Positions 23,565 to 36,806 of a stretch of DNA of 64,000 nt are shown here, piece after piece (position 1 is the stretch's first letter; the number at the start of each line of letters is the position of its first letter). The stretch is from Chrysemys picta bellii. Taxonomy: Eukaryota. The notes beneath the pieces were generated by a model. The model saw nothing but the letters and a program-made list of their open reading frames with translations, did no database searches and had not been told where the DNA came from. Made by a program: the position numbers and the translations under genes. The stretch covers positions 12,524,001-12,588,000 of the forward strand of contig NC_088803.1 of NCBI RefSeq assembly GCF_011386835.1, written 5' to 3'.

Positions 23565-24281
23565 TGTGATTCGTTATTTTGTGTGTTTAGTTATTGCTAG
23601 TGAAAAACTACATATTATATAGCTAGAATAATTTTAGGCCCTTACAGGCAAAGCTAAATAGTTGTATGTTCGCTGTTTTGCTATTAAAATGGGACGTTCG
23701 GGTAGGGGAGTTAGGTTTTATAAAAATAGAAGGAATGTTTGGATAACTTTGGTTGTAGGTGCTTTTGATTTGTCAGTTTTATTGTTATAATTAAAAATGC
23801 TTTACTAATAAAAATAATGAATGGTTATTGGCTGTGGCTAGGAAAATTGCTAGAGGCTATTATAAGTTTGGTGCTTTGTTTAAAAAAAATTGAAAAAGTT
23901 AAGTTAAAAAGTGTGCTGTGGAGCAGTCCCAGGAAGCTTTATGGGGGAGCAAGGATCTAACAGTTAAGTTTTTCAGGAGCTAGAGAGAAGGCGTTCTCCC
24001 TCCCCCTGGAAGTCTTGCTGCTAATCCCACAAAATCATTGCTTAACTTTAAGTAAATATAAATGTTTTTAAATGCTCTAAACCTACCGCAACAGCATATG
24101 TGTGTATGTGTGTGCTTAACATGTAATAGAAAAGTACTTTTAGGTAAAATCACTTTTGCTTATGTCAATTATTTATTAGACAAACGAGCTGTGCCCCGCC
24201 CCCCATTAATTTATTCTTAAGACCACCTAAAAAACCCAGTTAAGTGACTACTGCTTTGGGTTCTGAAAACCCTGGGGAACA
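23565..24281. mobile_element. C-depleted LTR-like element, copy B
   Basis: Duplicate of 1876-2593. Confidence 0.5.
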
Positions 24282-25019
24282 GATTTGGTGAGACAGTCAA
24301 ATGGTTTACTATGCTGTGCAAGAGAGGAGCATGCAGGTGAGGGTAGCAGCTTGGAATTTCCCCATATTGTTGTCTGGGAGTCAATTTATGGATATATTTT
24401 GTTCCTGGGACTCAAGGCACCAGGCTGGCGGCCTGGTCGAGGGATTATGTCAGAAGGAAAGGGAATATCTGGAAATGATTTTGGGAAACAGCTTGAATAA
24501 TTCCATATAGAAACATGGTCATGGTGTCTGGAAGCCTTGGGGCTTTATCAGTCCTGGAGCATTCTTGCAGCTCTCTAAGCAGATATTAGCAATACTAGTA
24601 AATAAAAAAATAAATCGGTTAAAGACAAAAATAAAGGAACTAAAAAAGAATAGGGTAAAAAAAATGATACTAAATAAAAAAATAAAAAAACAGTTTCCCT
24701 AATCAGACAATTGCCAGGCTCAGATCATGGCAATGCAAAAGCAAGTGTGTAATAGTGAAAGAGTAAGAAAGAGGCTGGAGCAGGAAGTGTCTGAATTAAG
24801 CCAGCAGACAGTAAACAGAGTAGGAACTGTTCAAGTGTCTCTGAAGAATTCTCAGGATCAGTCCCAGGCAGATCTTCGGTTGTAAGAGATAAGTTGTGCT
24901 CTCAGAGCCACGTTGGGAAATCAGAAGGGAATGGTAGCTGTGATTCGAGCACATCTCCCATGGTCTAAACAGATGCAGTCCCATTGACTTTAAGAGAGCT
25001 AATCTAATTTACACCAGTG

Positions 25020-25122
25020 TAGGGTGACCAGATGTCCAGAGTTTAGGGTCTTTTTCTTATATAGGCTCCTATTATCCCCCACCCCTGTCCCAATTTTTCA
25101 CATTTGCTGTCTGGTCACCTTA
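25020..25122. mobile_element. hAT-type MITE, copy B
   Basis: Same TIRs and TSD as 3209-3311. Confidence 0.8.
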
Positions 25123-25337
25123 CACCTGTGTGATCACACACTGGAGAAGTGCTCCAATTGTCGGAGGTGAGGAGCCCTCATGACTTCTATCAAAGGAAGT
25201 GAAGAGTGTTGTGCTCCTTTGATATTCATGAGATATTATTAAGATGAGAATCAGAGTCATTTGATCTGTTACTCTAATTCTGACCATTGTCCTTGCTCTT
25301 CCCTCTACAGGCAGGACAAAGTGTACTGAGAAGAAAA

Positions 25338-26294
25338 ATGAGCAACCAAACGTCAATGACCGAGTTTCTTCTCTTGGGATTCTCTGGTGTTCGGGAGCTG
25401 CAGCTGTTACACTTTCTAGTGTTTCTAGTTCTTTATCTGGCAGCCTTGATGGGGAATCTTCTCATCATCACAGTCATAGCCCTTGACCATCATCTTCACA
25501 CCCCCATGTACTTCTTCCTTCTCAACTTATCCTTCATAGACCTCTGCTACATCTCTGTCCCCATTCCTAAATCCATGGTCAATTCACTAACCAACTCCAG
25601 GTCAATTTCTTATTCTGGGTGCCTCACCCAAGTCTTTCTCTTTCCCTTGTTCGCTGTAGCTGAGCTCAGCTTCCTCACTGTCATGGCATACGATCGATAT
25701 GTCGCCATCTGCCAACCTCTTCATTATGAGGCTATAATGAACAGAAGAGCTTGTGTCCGAACAGCAGCCAGTGCATGGTTCAGTAGTATTCTCAGCTCTG
25801 CACTACACACTGGGACCACATTTGCATTAACCTTCTGTGGAGGGAACATGGTGGATCAGTTCTTCTGTGAAATCCCCCAGCTACTCAAGCTCACCTGCTC
25901 TGACACATACCGCAGAGAATCTGGGGCAATTGTATTTAGTGCTTGTTTATCTTTAAGCTGCTTTGTTTTTATAATTGTGTCGTATGTTCAGATCTTCACC
26001 ACAGTGCTGAGAATCCCCTCTGAGCAGGGCCGGCATAAAGCCTTCTCTACCTGCCTTCCTCACCTCTTCGTGGTTTCCTTGTTCCTCTGGACTCTTACTG
26101 TTGCCTATCTGAAGCCCACCTCAAGCTCAACATCAGGGTGGGATCTCGTGGTGGGTGTTCTCTATTCCGTGGTGCCTCCAATGATGAATCCCATCATCTA
26201 CAGCATGAGGAACAAGGAGATCCAAGCTGCCCTGAGGAGACTGATAGCAAGGAGATTATTCACCATGAATGTAAAGTCCATAGTTCTCCCTTGA
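25338..26294 (+). CDS. Olfactory receptor, OR14-like (type A, copy 2), 318 aa
   Basis: Intact ORF, about 94% aa identical to 3527-4483 by manual comparison. The ORF-track start at 25287 is a TTG inside the intron. Confidence 0.95.
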   Translation: MSNQTSMTEFLLLGFSGVRELQLLHFLVFLVLYLAALMGNLLIITVIALDHHLHTPMYFFLLNLSFIDLCYISVPIPKSMVNSLTNSRSISYSGCLTQVFLFPLFAVAELSFLTVMAYDRYVAICQPLHYEAIMNRRACVRTAASAWFSSILSSALHTGTTFALTFCGGNMVDQFFCEIPQLLKLTCSDTYRRESGAIVFSACLSLSCFVFIIVSYVQIFTTVLRIPSEQGRHKAFSTCLPHLFVVSLFLWTLTVAYLKPTSSSTSGWDLVVGVLYSVVPPMMNPIIYSMRNKEIQAALRRLIARRLFTMNVKSIVLP

Positions 26295-27735
26295 CTGTGA
26301 TATTATTCTGTTGATGACACCTCAACAAGAATATGGGCAATGGATGCACCTGTGAGTCATCAAAACATGTAAGGACATGTGATATGCTCATGTGACCCTG
26401 GATTCCATCTTGAAACTGTAACTTTCTACAAACAGAGGCTGTGAACTTTCTTTGAGATAGTAAAATTTCTTGCACATGACAGAAGATATAAAAGACCCCT
26501 GAGGCATCTTAATTTTGTCTTCATTTTCTGCTTCATTTCTGTGGAATGGATTTTTAACAAGCAAGCTTGGAACAAGGACTGATGACCCCCTAATATGTTT
26601 GGGTGTTCCAGAGAGACATTTGCAATCTAATAAATTATTTAATCACTGCTATGATCCTGATCTTTGAACACTGAAAGACCACTTGAATGTATATGATCTA
26701 TTAACCATTAATAATTCTCTTTTTCGTCTTTTATTAATAAACATTTAGATTTTAGTTACTAAAGGATTGGTATCAGCGTGATTATTGGCTAAGGTCTAAG
26801 TTATATATTGACCTGGCTAAGTGGCTGATCCCTTGGGACTGGAAGGACCCTATATCTGATGAAATTAATTTTCAGTAATGACTCATCCTATACACCAGTG
26901 TCTGGGTGGTGAGCCATGAGCTGGGATCACTAAGAAGACTGCATTTCTGGCTTCTCGTTAACCAGTGAGGTGAGACAGAAGTTCACATTTGTTACTGGAT
27001 TGGTATAATCTAATGGTAGAATAGCCACCAGTTTGCAGGAGTCTGCCCTATGTCTCAGAAGTTTGTCCTGAATTTGGCTTTGTCAGCTGTGACCCGCTGA
27101 GGAACGGTGACATCCCTAAAGACAGTCCTACCTGACTCTGTATAATGAGGACAAGTATGGATCCCATTTCAATTTTTGTTGTGGCAGGGGAGGAGTTTCT
27201 ATGTAATATTTTCTCTTATGCTATGCTTTGTTCCTGCTGTTGTAAATAAATTATTATACTCTGTTTAGAGAAAGCTGTCTGGGTCACTCATCTTAGTATT
27301 GGTCACAGCTCCAGGGGGAATAACAGCAGGCACTGAATCCAATTAACCCTGCTGGGAAATCACAGCTGGTGCACAAGTTACTATACCCCAGGATCCAGTT
27401 TAAGAGTTGGTGAATAACACATTTCCTCCTAACAGAGAAGTCACAAGGCTGTGACCTAATGGGTGCACTCAAAGAAACCAGAGAAGGGGTCAAAGGTGCA
27501 GCTACCCTGTAACTATGACAAAGTGGGATTTCACTTTTCACTTCAAAGGGATCCAGATTTGGCCAATGGTCTTTCATCCATTCAACTATCCAAAGGTTAC
27601 TAAATGTGCCCTGGACCACAGAATTTGGCTATCATTAATTATTTATTATTAATTATTTATTATTTTGATTATTTATTAATTTAATTTATTTGATTACCAT
27701 GTTTGCACATACTTTTTTGCACAGCCATTCAGGGA

Positions 27736-27792
<57 letters not shown>

Positions 27793-27899
27793 CCTTGCAA
27801 ATTATTGTGTTTCTTTTTCTGTTCTTGACTGTAAAAATCCAGATCATTATTTCCTTCAAACCATTTATTATTCAGCATTATTCACTAAAGAATTCCTGC

Positions 27900-28340
27900 A
27901 AATATTCTGTACTGAAACCAACAATATACCTGAAATACATTGATGGTATTTTCATCCTCTGGACAGACAATATAAATTTCTTCATAGATTTCCACCACAA
28001 CTTCAGCAACCACCACCTATCCATCAAACTTTCTCTAGAATACTCTCATACCAGCATCAACTTCCTGGACACCACCATCAGCAATGGGATCCTTCAGACA
28101 ACTCTACACATTTAACTTCACAGATCCACTAAGCACTCCAGCACACCAAGAAGTCAGTTGTCTACAGCCAGGTACCCAGATTCCACGAATTTTTTTCCTA
28201 GGAGAAAGTCTGTGACACACACCATAATACACTTAATGCCAGCTTCACGAAACATGGACACTTCAGCAAAGAAGTAGATAGCAGCATGGAACAGGTCACC
28301 CAAGTACCCTAAGAGAACCTACTTCAATACTGGTCACTTT
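27900..28340 (+). mobile_element. Penelope-like RT fragment, copy B
   Basis: KYIDGIFILW...INFLDTT peptide. Confidence 0.75.
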
Positions 28341-28949
28341 TTAAGAACAGGTTAGATGAACACCTATCAGGGATTGTCTAAATAATATGTAGTCCTACCT
28401 TAGTGCAGAGGTCTTTGATAGATGACCTGTTGAGGTCCTTTGCAGTCCTAAATTTCTATGATTTCTGTAAGGATCAGATTACCATCTCAATTAGACCGAT
28501 GTCAATGCAGAGGAGCACCTCCACATGGGTGGTGGGTATAAAAGGCCAGGGCCCTTTGGATGCTGCCGCATTTGGAGCGCTACTGCGGAAAGGGCATCTG
28601 GGCCATAGACCTGCCTGAGCTCTGCCCCTAGACCCCGCTCCTGCTTGTCCTTTTCCACCATGGCCCACCTGCACTGATCCTTTTCCCACCTCTGCTCTGC
28701 CTCTTGCCCCTAAGAACCTCCTCTCCCACTGGCCACTCAGGGTGAAGAGGCATGAACAGCGGGCAGGGGCTCACAGTGGAGAGGGTGAAGAGATGTGAGC
28801 AGCAGGGTTGGGGGGCTTGGGGAGGGTCGAAAAGGCACAAATGGCAGGTGGGAGTCCCTTGAGGGAGGAGGTGAAGAGGTGGGAGCAGTCGGGGGGCATT
28901 GGGGAAGGGGGTAAAAGGGTGCAAGTGGCGGGCAACGGGGCCTCAGGGT

Positions 28950-29984
28950 GGGGGCAAACAACCACTGTTGCTGTGAGAATAACCACTGCTGGGCAGTTCA
29001 CACAAAGCCTCTAACATGTAAAATCTGAATTATATGAATGCTGTGGCCAGTCACTCATGAATTACCTTACAGGATGACACCAGAAAACTCCCAGTCCCAG
29101 ACTTGTTCCCAGAAATGTGTGTCTTGTACTACCCAGAACCCGCCTGGACTATGCGGGTTCATAAAAAGTCCATTATTTCATCAATGTTAAATCATGAACA
29201 CAAGCTATGTTATCTCAGTTGGAGATTCCCAAACACTTCATTCCAAACACATGGGATTAGATACAACAATTAAACAAGTTTATTAATTACATAAAGATGG
29301 ATTTTAAGTAATTACAAGTAATGAGGCAAAAAAGTCAGAATTGGTTACAAAGAAAATAAAATGCAAATGAATACCTAATTTAGCAAGGTAAATGAATTCA
29401 AAACAAAGGTTTTTCTCAACCAATGCTCTTTGCAGCCTTTTAGTGGCTGGAAGTCTCCAAGCCAGGACTCCTCCCCCAGTTCAGTTTTTTTTTTTCAGGT
29501 GTTTTTGATGCCATGAGCAGAGAGAAAGGAAGGACAGAGAGGGGATCTGTGTTGTTTGTTATCTATGCTTAGACTATTCCCTGCAGTTTGAGGATTATCT
29601 CCAGCTGGGTTCAGGCAACAGCCAGTCTGTTTACACAGGACCCCAGCTGTTTCCATTGTCAATATGTAAATTTCTGACTTATACCGATCTTTCTGGCAAA
29701 GTACTGCTGCTTACCTAGGTGACAGCCAACTGGATATTGTGACACATGGCTGAGATGTTGGTTAGCCCTTTGTTTCTGGGGAAATGATCTGAAACTGTTT
29801 ATCTAAACTTGGAACATATCATACAGTAGAATCTTATAATTTTACATATAATGTTAACATACATATTTTAGTAGTACAATAATGTTCAACAGGTTATGAG
29901 TTTTCAAATGATAACTCACAAGGCATACTTTGTAGAAAATTTATTTTTGTAAAAAGGTTGAAAATAAGAGTACAATCTGTCACA
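28950..29984 (-). mobile_element. LTR fragment, copy B (uninterrupted)
   Basis: aacaagtttatt polyA signal on the minus strand; ends ctgtcaca. Confidence 0.6.
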
Positions 29985-30249
29985 GTCGGTAATCCAGTCA
30001 GAGCAACCTCCTGGCCACTTAACAGTAACATCTCAAGAAGTGAGGCCTCACCAGAAAACAACAAGGTACAGTGTCTTTCCTCTGATATCTTAATTTAGAC
30101 ACCCGGACAACTGGAATCTGCTGAGGCACCCAGAGCAAAGTAGTGGTGGCTCATTGATAGTGGAATAGTCTTATGAAGCTGCAGCCCAAGTTTGTTAACA
30201 TTCAGGAAGTGAACTGTGGCCTACCTGTTCTCTCAAAAAGGTGGGGGGG

Positions 30250-31297
30250 GGGCTAACAGTGAGGTGGGAAAATTTGCAGATGATACAAAACTACTCAAGT
30301 TAGTTAAATCCAAAGCAGACTATGAAGAGTGACAAAGGGTTCTCACAAAACTGGGTGACTGGGCAACATGATGGCAGATGAAATTCAATATTGATATATT
30401 TAAAGTAATGCATATTGGAAAACATAAGCCCAACTGTACATATAAAATGATGGGGTCTAAAAATAGCTGTTGCCACTCAAGAAAGATCTTAGAGTCATTG
30501 TGAATAGTTCTCTGAAAACATCTTCTCAATGTGCAGCTGCAGTCAAAAAAGCTAAAGGAATGTTGGGAATCATTAAGAAAGGGATAGATAATAAGACAGA
30601 AAATATCATATTGCCTCTATATAAATCCATTGTACGCACACATCTTGAATTCTGGGTGCACATGAGGTCACCCCATCTCAAAAAAGATATCTTAGAAATG
30701 GAAAAGGTACAGAGAAGGGCAACAAAAATGACTAAGAGTATGGAACAGCTTGCATATGAGGAGAAATTAAAACGATTGGCACTTTTCTGTTTGGAAAAGA
30801 TATGATTAAAAGGGGATGTAATAGAGGTCTGTAAAATCATGAAAGGTGTGGAGAAGAGAATAAAGAAATAGTATTTACTCCTTCACATAACATAACATTG
30901 GTCACCCAATGAAATTAATAGGCAGCAGGTTTTAAACAAATAAAAGGAAGTACTTCTTCACACAACAGAGAGTCAAACTGTGGAACTCATTGCCAGGGAA
31001 TGTTGTGAAGGCCAAGACTATAATGGAATTCATAAAATAATTAGATAAATGCATGGAAGATAGGTCCATCAATGACTGTTAACAAGACGATTTGGGATGC
31101 AACCCCATGTTCTAGGTGTCAGTAAACTTCTGTTTGCCAGAAGGAGGGAGTGGATGACAGGGGATGGATCACTCAATGATTCCCCTGCTCTGTTCATTCC
31201 CTCTGAAGCATCTGGCATTTGCCATGGTTGGAAGATTGGGTACTGGTCTAGATTGACCATTGGCATCAACCAGAATGGCCATTCTTCTGTTCTTCTG
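30250..31297 (+). mobile_element. CR1 LINE, copy B
   Basis: Duplicate of 8350-9486. Confidence 0.9.
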
Positions 31298-33964
31298 TCC
31301 TACACAGGGGATTGACTACAGGATCATAACATCCCTTTTTTGCTTTCAAATCTATGAATCTGTAAACTTTTCCCTGTGGGTCTCTGCTGCTGAGCTGTGC
31401 AGGGCTCGAGGGAGTAAAATACACATGGATAAATCACCTTCCCTCAGCATAGGTCCTTGAATGAGAGTGAGGGTCAAAGCCAGCTGTGCAGAGCTCATCT
31501 GCTGAGAGCAACGGGTTGGAATCAAATACAGTTTTAGAGTGAGGGATGAAAGGACTCTTAGAAAGTTGTGCCTCTGCTTGTAGATACTACTTGACAGTCA
31601 GACAGCGCTGGACTGTGTGAATCACATATTAGGAAAATATCCTCAAATCCACAGTAAGTTTTCTCATTCAATTTAATTTGCCTGAAGGTTAACATCCGGG
31701 GTAGATTAAGAACAGTAATAAGAATTACAATCAGATGTCCTTTACATTTTCCTACCAATTTACTCATCTGCGGCTGGTCAGAAAATAATTAAAAGAATAA
31801 AATAAAAAATTCCCCCTACAAACAATTAAAGCTTTTCATCAACAAGCCAAAACCCATTTTCCTTCAGTGTTTGGCATCTGAAAACTTTCATCTTAAAAAT
31901 GAAAATTTCAAGAAGAAAACCTAACAAGGTTGTTTTTTGAGATTTCAGTTTTCCAACAAAAGGTCACAAACTTTTGAGGAAAGCTGATGCATTCTGAAGG
32001 GAAAATATGGGGTTTTGATAAAATCCCATATTTTCCATTAAGTATGAAAATTTCGAAGAAACCTTAAACTTTAAACAAGAGAAGGAAAAGTTAATGTTGT
32101 TTAATAATATATAATTAGAAACCCCTTTCATTCTCTGGCATCTCTGTTTATTTCTTTTTCAAAGGAAAGTACAGCAAGGTTACTGACATAGCTGATAGGT
32201 GTCATACACACTAGCCCCTTTACACAGGGTTAGAGTTGTACAAGCAGCCAAAGCCTGTCTACCTGGACACAACCCCTGGCCATAGAGGGGGTCAATAGAA
32301 CCAGAACACCAACCTCCTGGTTTAGCAATGTGTCCAGCGTACAACACTGTTGCCAGCTGACCACAGGTGCTGTAAATGGGTGCACTAACCATACACATGC
32401 TAAGATACAGTCCATCCCCAAAAGAGCTTACAGTCAAGTAGAGACGGCAGAGAAAGGGAGGGGAAACTGATGCACAGAGAGGGGAAGTGACTGGTACCGT
32501 ATCACAACAGGTCAGTGCCAGAGCCAAGAAAAAAACATGTCCTCTGACTGCCACTGAATCACACAGCACAGACCTAAAGTCACAGTGGGAAACAATACAA
32601 CATGCAAGTAACTGACCACTGCTACTAGTCCATCATTAAATAGATATTCAGAGATTCACAGAGTCAATGGCCAGAAGGAATTAGTGTGACCATCTAATCT
32701 GTCTTCCTGTATATTGTAGGCCAGCAAACTTCCCCCAAAATAATTCCTAGAGCAGATCTGTTAGAGAAAGACTCAATCTTGGTTTGAAAAGTCTCAGTGA
32801 TGGAGAATTCACCACAATCCCTGTAAATTGTTCCATTGGTTAATCACTCTCACTGTTAAAAAATTATGTTTTATTTCTAGTCTGAATTTGTCTAGCTTCA
32901 AATACAGCTATTGGATCATATTAGACCTTTCTCTGGTAGATTTAAGAGCCCATTATTAAATATTTGTTCCCCCTCTAGATAGTTATAGGCTGCCCTCGAG
33001 TCACCCCTTAATCTTCCCTTTCTTAGGTTACATAGACTAAGCTCATTGAGGGTCTCCCTACAAATCATGTTTTCTAATCATTTAATCTTTCTTGTGGCTT
33101 TTCTCTGAACCATCTACAATTTATCAATATCTTTCCTGAATTTTGGAAACTAGAACTGGACACCATATTCCATCAATGGTCACACCAGTCCCAAATGGTA
33201 ACCTCTCCACTCATATTCAAGATTCCCCTGTTTATGCACCCCAGATCTCATTAGCTACTGGTCACACTGGGAGTTCATGTTTAGCTGATTATCCATCACG
33301 ACCCCAAAATTGTTTTCTGTCACTGCTTCCCAGGATAATGTCCCCCATCCTATAAATATGGTCTATATTCCTTGTTTGCAATATGAAGTGCGGGTGCAGC
33401 TGGGATTGGGTGCCATAAATCAGTGTGTACCCAGGTAGTAGACAGCTGTTTGGTGTTGGGGTAAAATCAATACGGAAGGTCTACCCCCACAGAATGCTGG
33501 GTGAGTCCTTGTCATATTTCCCGGGAAAGTGGGAAACAGGTTGTGTTGGTGTTGTACTATTTTATTGTAATGCTCAATAGGTGAGCCTTAAAATTGTAGT
33601 AGTAGGGGATCCAACTTGGCTGGTATTTAGATTTTGGATATAGTTTGTTCCATCCTTCATACTGCATTTATCAAGCCACCTCATGGGCCTATTCCTCAGA
33701 TTGGGTAAAGTGATGAAGCTCTGTTGACTTTAAAGGAGCCAATCCAATTTACACAACTGTGATAACACTATTGAATGATTGTCAGAGGTGAGGAGCACTA
33801 ACATCACCAAGTCATTGTAAGTGATGAGTGCTGGGCACCTTTGACATTCATACAATCAGATATTAGGGGAAGGGGAATCAGGGCCATTCTCTCTGTCACT
33901 CTAATTCTGACCATAACCTTTCTCATTCCCTCCACAGGCATCACACAACATACTGAGGAAGAAA

Positions 33965-34921
33965 ATGTCCAATCAAACCACTGTGACCGAGTTCCTTCTC
34001 CTGGGATTCTCTGACATTCGGGAGCTGCAGATTTTACACTTTGTGGTGTTCCTGATGATTTACCTGGTGGCCCTGATGGGGAATCTTCTCATCATCACAG
34101 CCATAGCCCTCGACCACCATCTTCACACCCCCATGTACTTCTTCCTTGTGAACCTGTCCATCCTAGACCTCGGCTCCATCTCTGTCACCATCCCCAAATC
34201 CATGGCCAATTCCCTCATGAACACCAGGTCGATTTCTTATTCTGGATGCTTCACACAAGTCTTTCTCTTTATCATCTTTATTTCAGCGGATTATGCATTA
34301 TTGACTGTCATGGCATACGACCGACACATCGCCATCTGCCGACCACTGCACTATGAGACAGTGATGAACAGGAGAGCATGTGTCCAAATGGCAGCAGGTG
34401 TGTGGATCAGTGGTATTCTTTACTCTGCCCTGCACACTGGGAGCACATTAGTGATATCTTTCTGTGGAGGCAACGTGATGGATCAGTTCTTCTGTGAAAT
34501 CCCCCAGCTCCTCAAGCTCGCCTGCTTTGACTCAGACTTCAATGAAACTGTGGCTATTGTCTTCAGTGCATGCTTAGCCTTAAGCTGCTTTGTTTTCATA
34601 ATTGTGTCATATGTTCAGATCTTCAAAGCAGTGCTGAAAATCCCCTCTGAGCAGGGCCGGCGTAAAGCCTTCTCCACCTGCCTTCCTCACCTTACTGTGG
34701 TCTCCTTGTTTATTTGTACTGGGACTGTTGCCTACCTGAAACCGGCCTCCAGCTCAGCGTCAGGTCTGGATCTCATGGTGGGTGTTCTCTATTCCGTGGT
34801 GCCTCCAATGATGAATCCGATCATCTACAGCATGAGAAACAGGGAGGTGAAAGGTTCATTGAGTAAACTGATAGGTTGGAGGTTATTCAGCAAGAATAAA
34901 ATGTTCATATTTCTCTACTGA
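33965..34921 (+). CDS. Olfactory receptor, OR14-like (type B, copy 2), 318 aa
   Basis: Intact ORF; duplicate of 11890-12849 with the same OR motifs. Confidence 0.95.
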   Translation: MSNQTTVTEFLLLGFSDIRELQILHFVVFLMIYLVALMGNLLIITAIALDHHLHTPMYFFLVNLSILDLGSISVTIPKSMANSLMNTRSISYSGCFTQVFLFIIFISADYALLTVMAYDRHIAICRPLHYETVMNRRACVQMAAGVWISGILYSALHTGSTLVISFCGGNVMDQFFCEIPQLLKLACFDSDFNETVAIVFSACLALSCFVFIIVSYVQIFKAVLKIPSEQGRRKAFSTCLPHLTVVSLFICTGTVAYLKPASSSASGLDLMVGVLYSVVPPMMNPIIYSMRNREVKGSLSKLIGWRLFSKNKMFIFLY

Positions 34922-35094
34922 TAGCAATTTCATTCTGAGTTTCCTTATAAATATAATCAGCTGACAACATTATTGCCTCCATGTGAACATGCAACATCTT
35001 TATGCAGAATTGGGTATTTGCACCTGTACATATCCAGACAAACATAACTCAAGAATAATAAGACTTACTTTAGGTTTACACCAATGTAAATGAG

Positions 35095-35147
<53 letters not shown>

Positions 35148-36224
35148 AGAACCTTGCACATAAAATGAGTAGCCATAGCAATGTCGCTAGTGGGGTCTCT
35201 GGCTCTTCTATTTTTCAGGATAAAAACTCTGATTGAGATATCAACTCATTTGTTCTTTGTGTATTTTTTTGTTTTTTTGTTTGTCACTTTTTTTAATTTA
35301 TATGTTTGTAGTTGTTGGAGGCTTTTATTTGTTTCTTTGTTCCAGGTATGTTCGGAGGTGGGAAGGACTGGAGAGATTGGGAGGGTTTGGTTAGTGTGAC
35401 ATTACTCAGGGCACCATCTGGACTGCTAAAGAGCTGTGTCTCCTCTGTTCTCCAACCTGGGGTGCCTCTTACACTGCTCTTCTGTGAAAACAGCAACTCC
35501 TGGTCAGTAAATACACAAGCTCCAGCACGTCACTTGCTCCCAGGTATAGAGTATCGATTGCTACTACCTAGCCACTCATGAATTACACTGCAGCAGAACA
35601 CCAGCAGACTCTCAGTCCCAGGCCTTCCCCCAGAAATGTGTGTCTTATACTACCCAACACACTACTGGATGATACAGGTTCATCTATAGTTCGTCATTTC
35701 ATCAAAGGAAAATGATATACATCAGCCTTGTTGTTCCAAATGGTTTTCCCCATACACTTTAACCCAAACGTATCAGTTGGATAAAACCAGAGAACAAGTT
35801 TATTAACTACAGTAAGAAAGGAAAGTTTTTAAGTGGCTACACGTAATGAAACATAAAAGTCAGAATTGGTTACAAAGGAAGGGAAAGACAAAATGTAAAC
35901 TAATGGCTAACTTAACGAGCTAGCAGAATTCAAAGCAAAGGCATTTCTCTTACCACATGCTGCAGTAAATTTCACAGCCTGGGTCCCTTTTCAGTCCAGA
36001 ACTTTCCCCCCTTCTTTCAGTGGCCTTCAGATATTCATTGATGTCATGAGCAGAGAGATGGGAGGAGGTTGGGGGCAAGTGTTTTGCTCCCCATCTTTAT
36101 AATTCAAATTCTTGTGCTAGAAACATCCTTGCTGAGTCATGGTGGACATGAGGCTTGAATGGTCCCTGTGATGAAATGTAAATTTCTTGTTCACACCTTC
36201 CCCCTGCCAAAAAATGGATGTCTA

Positions 36225-36657
36225 AGTACGTAATGACCTATGAAGGAAGGCTGAAAGAATTGGGTTTGTTTAGTTTGGAAAAGAGAAGACTGAGAGGGGA
36301 CATGATAGCAGTTTTCAGGTATTTAAAAGGGTGTCATAAGGAGGAGGGAGAAAACTTGTTCACCTTAGCCTCTAAAGATAGAACCAGAAGCAATGGGTTT
36401 AAACTGCAGCAGGGGAGGTCTAGGTTGGACATTAGGAAAAAGTTCCTAACTGTCAGGGTGGTTAAACACTGGAATAAATTGCCTAGGGAGGTTGTGGAAT
36501 CTCCATCTCTGGAGATATTTAAGAGTAGGTTAGATAAATGTCTATCAGAGATGGTCTAGACAGTATTTGGTGCTGCCATGCGGGCAGGGGACTGGACTCG
36601 ATGACCTCTTGAGGTCCCTTCCAGTCCTAGAATCTATGAATCTATGAATCTATGAAT
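36225..36657 (+). mobile_element. CR1 3' fragment
   Basis: [25 protein letters not shown] peptide; (aatctatg)n tail. Confidence 0.92.
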
Positions 36658-36806
36658 GGTCCATTAACACCAGCCTGGCTAGTCTTGCTGTCTTTCAACA
36701 ATTGGTATGTGGGTGTGCTCCCAAATTGTAATATATTTCCAGCAACATCATACAATGAAATGTTATAAGTTTACATTGTGTAGCTACTCATATTTTAACA
36801 AGATAA

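Larger units (their letters stand above)
21592..35819 (+). repeat. Segmental duplication, copy B
   Basis: Same order of ORs, LTRs, CR1s and microsatellites as copy A. Confidence 0.95.
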
